Of a stretch of 43,052 nucleotides of DNA, positions 8,118 to 15,710 are shown one piece after another (the first letter of the stretch is position 1; each line of letters starts with the position of its first letter). Position numbers and translations under genes: made by a program. The notes under the pieces were generated by a model. It was not told where the DNA came from, searched no databases, and was given only the letters and a program-made list of their open reading frames with translations. The DNA lies in IMG/VR virus record IMGVR_UViG_3300044983_000249, positions 1 to 43,052 of that record; one strand, given 5' to 3'. The DNA is from a virus (taxonomy: Duplodnaviria > Caudoviricetes).

Positions 8118-8869
8118 ATATCGAGAGTCACATGCACGCGATTACGAGTGCTGCCCGTATCGTCAAAAGCGCGCACCGGTCGCACCCGTTTGAGGTGGCG
8201 GACCTCGTGTCGATCGGCGCCGAGCGGGTGATCCGGTACCTCTCCGGATCGGAAGGCGCAGCGGGTGCTCTCGTGTTCGTATGCGCCAAGCAAGGCATGC
8301 TCTACGAGCTACGACGCTGGCAGGGGCGGGACCCGCACGGGCTCCAGGGGGAGAAGCGGCGCAAGTCGGCGGACCCGGTCCTGACCGGGTACCACGAGTG
8401 GATGGGGCTGGTCCCGACGCCGCCCTATGAGACTCTGATCGATCTGAAGCGCGCACTCCTCGCCATGCAGCTCCGGGAGGCGGTGTCCTGGTACTCCCAC
8501 CACTGGCTCTGCGAAGAACTCGACCACTTGGAGAATGAGCTCGGCGTGAGCGAGGGCCGGATCCGCCAATACTGCGCGGCTGCCAAAGAGAAGCTCCAGG
8601 CAGCATGGCGGGGCGAGCGCTTCGAGACGGCGGACGAGGCCAGCGCGCGCAAAGACGCCGAGACCCAAGAGACTGTCCGGAGGCGCTCAGCCGCCAACGA
8701 GAGAATGCTCACCGAGCGCAAGACGCGCTACGCGGAACTCCGGGCGATGGGCGCCGACAGTAAGCAAGCTGCCTGGGGCGGGGCTGCCAAGTCGCGCTAT
8801 CGGATCATAGCCAACAGGCTCAGTCGTCCCATTCCGGGAATCGACACCGACCCGAGCAACGTAGCTTGA
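8114..8869 (+). CDS. Second sigma-70-family (FliA-like) protein
   Basis: DLVSIG and AKQGMLYELRR (region 2-like); IDLKRAL...ELGVSEGRIRQY...AKEKL (region 4-like). Confidence 0.7.
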   Translation: MNIESHMHAITSAARIVKSAHRSHPFEVADLVSIGAERVIRYLSGSEGAAGALVFVCAKQGMLYELRRWQGRDPHGLQGEKRRKSADPVLTGYHEWMGLVPTPPYETLIDLKRALLAMQLREAVSWYSHHWLCEELDHLENELGVSEGRIRQYCAAAKEKLQAAWRGERFETADEASARKDAETQETVRRRSAANERMLTERKTRYAELRAMGADSKQAAWGGAAKSRYRIIANRLSRPIPGIDTDPSNVA

Positions 8870-8911
8870 ACGTGACTACGTTTGCGTAATACTAATGAGG
8901 TGAGCCAGACC

Positions 8912-9106
8912 ATGCCCCGCCACAAGTTCCTGTTCAGCAACCGCGCCGCGCAATCGGCCGAGGCCCTCCGCAACGCGAAGGAAGCCAAGGACCTGGCCGT
9001 CAAGTGGGCCCCGAAGCGCACGGAATCCGAGCAGCCCGAGACGACCGCGGCCGGAGCCTGCTTCCGGAACGTGACGCGGATCCTGGCCGGCAAGGGGGCC
9101 AAGTGA
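8912..9106 (+). CDS. Hypothetical protein
   Basis: ATG after GAGGTG; first gene after an AT-rich intergenic gap. Confidence 0.55.
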   Translation: MPRHKFLFSNRAAQSAEALRNAKEAKDLAVKWAPKRTESEQPETTAAGACFRNVTRILAGKGAK

Positions 9107-9294
9107 GCCTGAACCGCGAAGACTTCGAGCCGGTCCACGTCGAGACCTGCTCCGGTTGCGGTGCCACGTTGGGCCAAGAATGCATGTCGTGCCCGAACTG
9201 CGACGGTCCTTGCCCTCACTGCGACGACGAGCCCGCGTGCCCCTTCCACTCCTCCGGCAACCAAGGCCGCTGCAATTACTGCGAGGACCAATGA
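9103..9294 (+). CDS. Cys-rich microprotein
   Basis: CSGC, CMSCPNC, CPHC, CNYC. Confidence 0.6.
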   Translation: MSLNREDFEPVHVETCSGCGATLGQECMSCPNCDGPCPHCDDEPACPFHSSGNQGRCNYCEDQ

Positions 9295-9617
9295 CCCGCT
9301 TCGCTCTCGAATTCATTCCCCGCCGCTCCTGGCAACAGGACGTGGACCCGGCCGATCAACGCTGGACCCGCACCCCCAACATGTTCAGCGGCACCGAGGC
9401 AGAGGCCACGCTCGAATGCTCGGAACTCGAGGCAGCCTATGACCGTCAGGTCACCTTCCGCGCCGTGCCCCTCGAGACGCTCGATTCCGAGCACCACTAC
9501 TGCTCGGGATGCGGCGGTGACTACCGCGAGCGCATGGGCCATCCACTCGCCTGCACCTGCCCCCTGGCCATCGCCTCGACGAGTGGAGTCCGCTGGACGG
9601 AGGAGAAAGCGTCGTGA
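9291..9617 (+). CDS. Hypothetical protein with CSGC motif
   Basis: ATGA-coupled ORF MTRFALEF... Confidence 0.6.
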   Translation: MTRFALEFIPRRSWQQDVDPADQRWTRTPNMFSGTEAEATLECSELEAAYDRQVTFRAVPLETLDSEHHYCSGCGGDYRERMGHPLACTCPLAIASTSGVRWTEEKAS

Positions 9618-9811
9618 AGGCCACCGCCTGTCCCGGTTGCGGCCAAGCGCCGCAGGCCCGCACCTGGCACCACGGCTACTTGGTCCGGTGTGCCGACTGT
9701 TACGACCCGACGCCCGACGAGAGCGGGGACGCGGGAGGCGACGTGTCCGGATTCGGCATCAGCCTGGATTCGGCACTCGAGGACTGGAACGCCAACGTGG
9801 AGGGAACATGA
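9614..9811 (+). CDS. Zn-ribbon microprotein (Lar-like pattern)
   Basis: CPGCG...VRCADC...ALEDWN. Confidence 0.6.
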   Translation: MKATACPGCGQAPQARTWHHGYLVRCADCYDPTPDESGDAGGDVSGFGISLDSALEDWNANVEGT

Positions 9812-10011
9812 GCAACGACGACGAGCGAGAGCCCGAGTACCTGGGCGACGGGGTGTATGCGACCTTCGACGGCTACCACGTGTGGCTGACCACTGGGTCA
9901 CACGAGCGCGCCGACGCCAGCAACGCGATCGCGCTAGACCCCGGCGTGTTCAACTCCCTGGTTCGGTACCGCAACCGCGTGAACAAGGCCGACGACTTGG
10001 AGGGGACGTGA
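9808..10011 (+). CDS. Conserved phage hypothetical protein
   Basis: YLGDGVYATFDGYHVWL motif, recalled from small phage proteins. Confidence 0.65.
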   Translation: MSNDDEREPEYLGDGVYATFDGYHVWLTTGSHERADASNAIALDPGVFNSLVRYRNRVNKADDLEGT

Positions 10012-10096
10012 CCGCGCGCATCGACCCGATCGAGCGGCTGCTGCGGATCCTCTGGGGCTACGAGAAGCGCCCTCCGCGCGTGGTGGAGGTGGCGTC

Positions 10097-10372
10097 ATGA
10101 AGTTCGCTTGCCCCTTGGATGAGCTGCAACACTGGCTCGGCCTACTCGAGGTGGACCTTCGCCTGGGAGTCGCCCGCCGGCACGTCGAGGCCACGGCGCG
10201 GCTCTGTTGGCTGCTGGTCGACAAGCTGGAGAAGGATCCCAAGATGGACCAGGAGATGTTCACGCTCCTGAGCCTCCGCCTGCTCGACTTGCAGCGGCAG
10301 ATGTCACCGGTGAAGCCGGGGCCGAAGGGGAAGCCGGAGGGTGGTCCGCGGCTGTCTCTGGTGCCGCGCTAG
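10097..10372 (+). CDS. Hypothetical protein
   Basis: ATG after GGAGGTG; ends LSLVPR. Confidence 0.6.
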   Translation: MKFACPLDELQHWLGLLEVDLRLGVARRHVEATARLCWLLVDKLEKDPKMDQEMFTLLSLRLLDLQRQMSPVKPGPKGKPEGGPRLSLVPR

Positions 10373-10386
10373 GGCGTTTCAAAGAG

Positions 10387-10448
10387 GCGAGCAATCTCAG
10401 GCTCGCGCGAGCGGAACAGGCTGAAAACAAGCCTGTTCGTGATAACCT
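10387..10448 (+). promoter_or_regulatory. Intergenic hairpins plus extended -10 promoter upstream of the recombination genes
   Basis: Palindrome GCTCGCGCGAGC (10401-10412); inverted repeat GAACAGGCT/AGCCTGTTC (10414-10438); TGnTAACCT at 10440-10448. Confidence 0.45.
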
Positions 10449-10464
10449 ACGGGAGGAGCGAATC

Positions 10465-10989
10465 ATGGCACAAGACAAGTTCGAATCACGCGACGAGGAC
10501 CTGGGCGCGACCGATTGGCGCGCGTACTTTGACTCGAGCTGCTTTCGCGTCTGGCACCTCGGCGGCAAAGAGCGCACGTTCAAGATCGGCAAGGTGACGC
10601 GCCTGACGAGCGAGATGGTCAACGGGGGCAAGCGCGAGATCAAAAAGCAGCCGAAGCTCGAACTCCTCGATTCCAAGGGCAACCCGCTGCCCCTGCCGCT
10701 CCTCTTGAACAAGACGAACGCGAAGACGATCGCGCGCCTCTACGGCAACAACCCGAGCGCCTGGACCGGCAAGCTCATCACGCTGTTTCCGGCCACGACC
10801 AGTGTCGGCGGCGAGGACGTGGACTGCATCCGGATCCGGAACGAGACCCCGAAGCGCACGGCCAAGCCGAAGCCTGCCGCCGCTCCCGCACTCACCAATG
10901 GCCACGACGACGGCCCGCTCCCGCGCGAGCCCGGAGACGACACCGACGAGCCGCCAATCGGGGTCCTCGAGAGCGATCATGTCCAGTAA
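10465..10989 (+). CDS. Putative ssDNA-binding/annealing protein
   Basis: LLLNKTNAKTIARLYG...WTGKLITLF...CIRIR core; acidic C-tail; adjacent to the exonuclease. Confidence 0.6.
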   Translation: MAQDKFESRDEDLGATDWRAYFDSSCFRVWHLGGKERTFKIGKVTRLTSEMVNGGKREIKKQPKLELLDSKGNPLPLPLLLNKTNAKTIARLYGNNPSAWTGKLITLFPATTSVGGEDVDCIRIRNETPKRTAKPKPAAAPALTNGHDDGPLPREPGDDTDEPPIGVLESDHVQ

Positions 10990-11764
10990 CGACAACACGA
11001 GCCTGCTCGACCCGGTCCGCTTCTCGCGCCTGAAGCTCATGGGCAGGAGCGCGGCCCACTACGCGCACGGCAAGACGGACGAGACCGCGAGCATGCGCAA
11101 GGGCACGGCCGTGCACAGCTACCTGCTCGGGGACACCGACCGGGTGAAGGTCTACGACGGCAAACGGGACGCGCGCACCAAGGCGTACCAGGCGTTTCTC
11201 GAAGCCCACCCGGACTGTGACATCCTCTCCCCGCGGGAGTCCGTGGACGTGGAGGGGATGCGGCAGGCGCTGCTCCGCCACGAGCGCGCGACCGAGCTCC
11301 TCGACGGCATCCGGGAGCAGCGCATCGAGTGGACCCTCTCCGGGCGCGCGTGCGCGGGTACCCCTGACGTAGTCCGGCTCAATGGCGACGGTACCAAGGT
11401 CCTGGTCGAGTTGAAGACCGGGCAGAGCTCGGCGCCCGACCTGTTCCGGTGGCAGGCGCGCAAGCTTGCCTATCATGCCCAATTGGCGTGGTACGCCCGC
11501 GGGCTCGAAACGGCACTCGTGTATAAACCGGGCCCGGTCGTCGAGCAATACATCGTGGCCGTCGAGAGCTCTCCGCCCTATCCCGTGACCGTGTTCCGGG
11601 TGACGGACGCGCTCCGGCTCGCGGGCGACAAACAGTGCCGCATCTGGTTCGAGCACCTGCTCGTGTGCGAGCGAACCGGCAACTGGCCCGGGTACGTCGA
11701 GTGCGACGTGGAGCTCGACGAGGACGAGGTGGAGCTAGAATGGGATGACGAGGCGGCGGCGTGA
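10979..11764 (+). CDS. PD-(D/E)XK exonuclease (RecE/ExoVIII, DUF3799-like)
   Basis: GTAVH, GTPD, VELKT, YHAQLAWY, WPGY motifs. Confidence 0.85.
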   Translation: MSSNDNTSLLDPVRFSRLKLMGRSAAHYAHGKTDETASMRKGTAVHSYLLGDTDRVKVYDGKRDARTKAYQAFLEAHPDCDILSPRESVDVEGMRQALLRHERATELLDGIREQRIEWTLSGRACAGTPDVVRLNGDGTKVLVELKTGQSSAPDLFRWQARKLAYHAQLAWYARGLETALVYKPGPVVEQYIVAVESSPPYPVTVFRVTDALRLAGDKQCRIWFEHLLVCERTGNWPGYVECDVELDEDEVELEWDDEAAA

Positions 11765-12600
11765 CCGAACCAGTCGAGACCATCGGGGCCCTGCAGCACC
11801 GGTGCGAGTCGGTGGAGACCGAGTTGCGCGAGACCGCCGGGGAGCTGGAGAAGGCGCGGGCGCGCATCACAGAACTCGAACAGGGCACGCTGCCGGCACC
11901 GTTCACGGTGCGCATGGTGCGAGATCAGCAGTGGGAACTTGTCCCGCCCGGGAGCAAGTCCCGCCTCGCCGAAGCGACCGCGCTGCTGGTCGAGTGCGTG
12001 GGCCATATGCCTCTGGAACTGGACAACCGCGTGGTCGAGTGGATTGAATCCTCCCGCGCCCCAGCGCAGCCCACTCAAGCCTGGCACGTGCGCGGCAAGT
12101 CAGTGGAGTTAGGGCCCGCCGCACCGGAGCTATATCGAGATGAGGAAGGCCACGCATTGTTCCATAGCGCCCGGGCTTCACACCCCCATTGTCGCCTGTG
12201 CAATGGTTGGGGCGCACCGCAACCGGGGCCATTCAGCGACATAGACGTTAGCAAGTGTATCGACCCAACCATCCCGGACGGCTACGTGCGCGTTGACGGC
12301 AAGCTGTTGAAGTGGCCCGCCGCACCGGAGCCTCACTACGCCGAGCAGTTCGGCATCAATCCCGCGCCCGGATTCGTGCAGGACTTCGGCTTGGAAGCAG
12401 AGTTTCGCAACCACGCCAAGACGATTGCTGACCTCGAATCCGCCCGCGCATCGGAGGCGGCACTCAGGGAGCGGGTGGAGAAGGCGCTGGCAAAGTACGG
12501 CGCGGACTCTCTGCGAGCTGATGACGCTGGACGCTTGACGATGGCAGTGCGCAGGGCCCTCACCGCCGACCCGACGGGGCAGGAGGGGGAACGTGGCTGA
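11761..12600 (+). CDS. Mosaic hypothetical protein
   Basis: 279-aa ORF with coiled-coil ends and an internal 18-bp direct repeat. Confidence 0.6.
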   Translation: MTEPVETIGALQHRCESVETELRETAGELEKARARITELEQGTLPAPFTVRMVRDQQWELVPPGSKSRLAEATALLVECVGHMPLELDNRVVEWIESSRAPAQPTQAWHVRGKSVELGPAAPELYRDEEGHALFHSARASHPHCRLCNGWGAPQPGPFSDIDVSKCIDPTIPDGYVRVDGKLLKWPAAPEPHYAEQFGINPAPGFVQDFGLEAEFRNHAKTIADLESARASEAALRERVEKALAKYGADSLRADDAGRLTMAVRRALTADPTGQEGERG

Positions 12601-12925
12601 CCCGAAGGCGCCGGATGTGGCGGACGAGGAGGAGGCAGACCCCGGTCCCTACTTCTGTTTCTGCTGTGACAACGCGGATGTCACCAGGTGCGACGAGGAC
12701 CGCTGCTGCGTCGAGTGCGGTATGGATCTCGTACCGCTGTCGCAAATGCGCGAGCTGCTGCGCTCCGCCCATGGCCTGCACATCGTGAGCGAGGCGGACA
12801 AGCGGGTGCTTGATGCGATGGCCGCACTCCACATCGACAATGTTAGGTCGTACGACCACGAGTCGAACAAGCGCCATTGGGAATACCCGGCAATGATGTC
12901 CGAACTCGCCCGGAGGAAACCATGA
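12593..12925 (+). CDS. Cys-rich hypothetical protein
   Basis: CFCC...CCVECG. Confidence 0.6.
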   Translation: MADPKAPDVADEEEADPGPYFCFCCDNADVTRCDEDRCCVECGMDLVPLSQMRELLRSAHGLHIVSEADKRVLDAMAALHIDNVRSYDHESNKRHWEYPAMMSELARRKP

Positions 12926-13128
12926 CCGAGAAACGGCGCGCGCCCGAGGATGACGAGGGCGGGTTCTGGCTGCGAGAGCGCTGCTACAAATGCGGGCATC
13001 GGCTCGCGTTTGCAGCATCAGCATGCCCACAATGCGGCATCGAGTTTGCCCACGGAGACGACCCGAAACGTTGGCCCGACAGGTGCGAGTGTAAGCGCTG
13101 CGATGCGGCCAGAAAGGCCGTGTCATGA
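12922..13128 (+). CDS. Zn-ribbon microprotein
   Basis: CYKC...CPQC...CECKRC; ATGA overlap. Confidence 0.6.
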   Translation: MTEKRRAPEDDEGGFWLRERCYKCGHRLAFAASACPQCGIEFAHGDDPKRWPDRCECKRCDAARKAVS

Positions 13129-13676
13129 CCGAACGACGGAGAGCACCTCTTGAGGTGCTGGAGCGGTTGGCGGAGGCGGTGAATGAATTCTGGGACAGGC
13201 CCGAGGACAGCAAGCCTCTGCACACGGTCCGGGTTGCCTTGAATGCCTACCGCGCGGCCACGGCCCCGCTCAGGACCGAGACGGCGGTTGTCCTGGACAT
13301 CGGCCACCACGTGCGCGCCTGCGTACGACTCGGCGAGCTCCGGATGACGGCTGACGAGAAACAGCGCCTGGAGGACTTGGCAAACGAGCACACCGCGCCT
13401 GCTCCCGAGAAGCCCCCGCTCCGGGTCCACGATCTGCGGGCCACCTTTTCCGGGTCCGGCTCCGATGAGCCCGAGGCCTGTGGCTGCGAGGAGGCCGAGG
13501 CGCTGAAGCGTGAACTCCGCGGGTGCCAGGCCTCGCTCACGAGCCGGACCTGTGAGGCAAAGGATGCCTGCCAGAAGCTCCTGGACATCCGGACCGAGTG
13601 CGAGCTCCGGGCGGGGCGCAAGAAATCGAGCGGGGACGCGCTCTACGCGATCCTGGAGATCCTCGACCGGCCATGA
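13125..13676 (+). CDS. Hypothetical protein containing an integrase-like LRVHDLRATF peptide
   Basis: 183-aa coupled ORF. Confidence 0.6.
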   Translation: MTERRRAPLEVLERLAEAVNEFWDRPEDSKPLHTVRVALNAYRAATAPLRTETAVVLDIGHHVRACVRLGELRMTADEKQRLEDLANEHTAPAPEKPPLRVHDLRATFSGSGSDEPEACGCEEAEALKRELRGCQASLTSRTCEAKDACQKLLDIRTECELRAGRKKSSGDALYAILEILDRP

Positions 13677-14086
13677 GACACCCCGCGCGCAAGGGACGAG
13701 CCGACTCCAATCAGAAGGCCATCGCCGACGCGATCCGCCTGCTCGGCTACCCGGTGATGGACCTGCACGCGGCCGGTAATGGCGTCGAGGACCTGCTCGT
13801 GGGGCTGCGAAAGTACGATCCGAATTTCGCCCGCTACGACCACTCGTGGCTCCTCGTCGAGTGCAAGGTCCCCCGCTACGAGCTCACCGCATCGACGGCC
13901 GTCCGCTACACCCAGGCGCAGATCGAATGGCGAAAGCAGACCGAAGGCTGGCCCCGGATCACGGTGACGAGCGGGCAGGACGCGGTGAACCAAATCCGGG
14001 CCCTGACGAGCTCACCGAGGCCGAGCGCGCCTTCCGTGCCCTGCTCGGGCGCCCCAAGGACTATGCCCGGTGGGCAGAGAAGGTGA
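13673..14086 (+). CDS. VRR-NUC-like PD-(D/E)XK nuclease (possible resolvase)
   Basis: RADSNQKAIADAIR...GNGVEDLLVG...LLVECK...TQAQIEW. Confidence 0.75.
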   Translation: MRHPARKGRADSNQKAIADAIRLLGYPVMDLHAAGNGVEDLLVGLRKYDPNFARYDHSWLLVECKVPRYELTASTAVRYTQAQIEWRKQTEGWPRITVTSGQDAVNQIRALTSSPRPSAPSVPCSGAPRTMPGGQRR

Positions 14087-14098
14087 GGGCCGGGTGGG

Positions 14099-14278
14099 CT
14101 ATCCGTTCGGGTCGTCGTACGTGAGGACGAGCGTCCCTTGACCGTTGCGGGTCTCGACCAGCTTGATCGCGACGATGGTCCCGGCGAGGAGATCCTTCAT
14201 GAAATCGGCGTAGACGTCCGCGGGCTCGAAGCGCTCGGGGTGGTTGTGGCGGTTGAAGTTCTTGCGTCTCGTTGCCAT
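14099..14278 (-). CDS. Small hypothetical protein (59 aa, not in the ORF track)
   Basis: MATRRKNFNRHNHPERFEPADVY...; TAATG overlap with the upstream gene. Confidence 0.6.
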   Translation of the reverse strand: MATRRKNFNRHNHPERFEPADVYADFMKDLLAGTIVAIKLVETRNGQGTLVLTYDDPNG

Positions 14279-15099
14279 TAGGTGGGTACCTCGAAAAGCA
14301 AGAGCGCCGCGATTTCGCTAGCGGTCAGGTTGTCGTTGAACGCCAAGATGTTCGGGCCGATGAGGCCACCACTGAGGATAGGACCGCCCGGCGCGTCCAG
14401 GTTATCTGTGGCACCGATGAGCCCGTTGCCGGTCACCGTCGGTAGGATTCCGAGCGTGCCGCCGGCGCCAATATCAGAATAGGTCAGCGTCTCGTTGGCG
14501 CCCGCCACGTATATCCGCAGATTGGCATCGCCTCCGCGACTGTCGTCATATTGCATGTAGACGGCAGACCAGGTGCCAACTACCAGCTTGCCCGTCCCGG
14601 TGATACCTTGCCGCCCGTTTGCGCCACCGGGGATGAAAACCTGCGCCGCGACTTCGCCTGAGGTGCCCGCGCGGAGATCGAACTTCCGTGCGTTCGCGCC
14701 GCCGGTACCGGTGCGCACGGCCATGATCACCTGAATCGCTGCGAGCGAGGCCGGTTTGAACCAGAACCAAAAGCCCAACTTGGACACGCCGTTGTTGGCG
14801 GCAGTGAGCGGCCAAACGTGCACGTCGGTGCCGTCAAACACCATCGTGGGCAAGCCGTTGGCAGCCGCTCCGACGGCCGCGCGCCGGTCGGTGTCGGTCT
14901 GCGTGACGGGGCTGCCTGCGTTCAGGACATCGACGATGTTCGGTGTCCACTCCCCGGCGCTCTGATCGCTTGCTGCTAGCCGAAGCCAGCTCGTGACCTT
15001 ACCCGAGTCTGGAGGCGAGAACGGCGCCCCGACTCCCGCTGCCGACTCCCACTCGAGCCGCTCGGCTCTCCGGCTCTGCTGTCTCCGTCGAGCCAACAT
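14278..15099 (-). CDS. Concanavalin A/LamG-like virion protein (possible receptor binding)
   Basis: FDGTD...FWFWFKP...LRIYVAG...LAFNDNLTASEIAAL pattern. Confidence 0.65.
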   Translation of the reverse strand: MLARRRQQSRRAERLEWESAAGVGAPFSPPDSGKVTSWLRLAASDQSAGEWTPNIVDVLNAGSPVTQTDTDRRAAVGAAANGLPTMVFDGTDVHVWPLTAANNGVSKLGFWFWFKPASLAAIQVIMAVRTGTGGANARKFDLRAGTSGEVAAQVFIPGGANGRQGITGTGKLVVGTWSAVYMQYDDSRGGDANLRIYVAGANETLTYSDIGAGGTLGILPTVTGNGLIGATDNLDAPGGPILSGGLIGPNILAFNDNLTASEIAALLLFEVPT

Positions 15100-15102
15100 T
15101 GC

Positions 15103-15708
15103 TCAGCCCTGCCGATGGCAGTCGATGCCGATGAAGAGATTCCCCACTCCCGACGCGCCCTGGGCGATGTGGTTGTTGAATACCAGGCCCGTGAATTGCG
15201 GAAGCACCAGGGGGATGGCCGGGCACCAGTTCTCGTAGACGCCCGGAAGAGTCGATCCGGCTCCGACCGCGAAGATCTCCGGCTCGTCCACGTCTTCGGC
15301 CGTGTATGTTGCCGTGGTGATCGCCGCGGTCCCGGCGATCACGCTCGAGATCTCGGTGAGCGGGATGCGGTCTCCCGTTGCCACTACGGCTCCCGCTTGG
15401 GTCGTTTTGACCCCCTCCTGGAAGGCGTAATGAGCCTGCACCGCGGTCGGTGTCCCGCCCGTGTGCACGGCGGTGAACCCGTAGACTTTGTTCCCCCGGA
15501 TCGCCAAGGCTTGCGCCGAAGCGAAAGCGGTCGTCGTGACCCAGCGGATCCGGATGCAATCGACCACCAGGGGGATGGCCCCGAGGTTGCACACTGCGGC
15601 GATGTCCGCTGCTGCAGCGACCCCGGTGACGAGCCCGGACAGAAGAGGGATGACGATCCCTTGGGCGTCCTGAACGTTGCTCTCTTTGAGCGCTAGGCTG
15701 TTTCTCAT
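15103..15708 (-). CDS. Putative virion structural protein
   Basis: Beta-rich Thr/Ala/Gly composition; located in the late operon. Confidence 0.55.
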   Translation of the reverse strand: MRNSLALKESNVQDAQGIVIPLLSGLVTGVAAAADIAAVCNLGAIPLVVDCIRIRWVTTTAFASAQALAIRGNKVYGFTAVHTGGTPTAVQAHYAFQEGVKTTQAGAVVATGDRIPLTEISSVIAGTAAITTATYTAEDVDEPEIFAVGAGSTLPGVYENWCPAIPLVLPQFTGLVFNNHIAQGASGVGNLFIGIDCHRQG

Positions 15709-15710
15709 GG

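Noticed and set aside
14278-15099. Diversity-generating retroelement target
   Set aside because: No reverse transcriptase and no template/variable repeat pair seen in the genome
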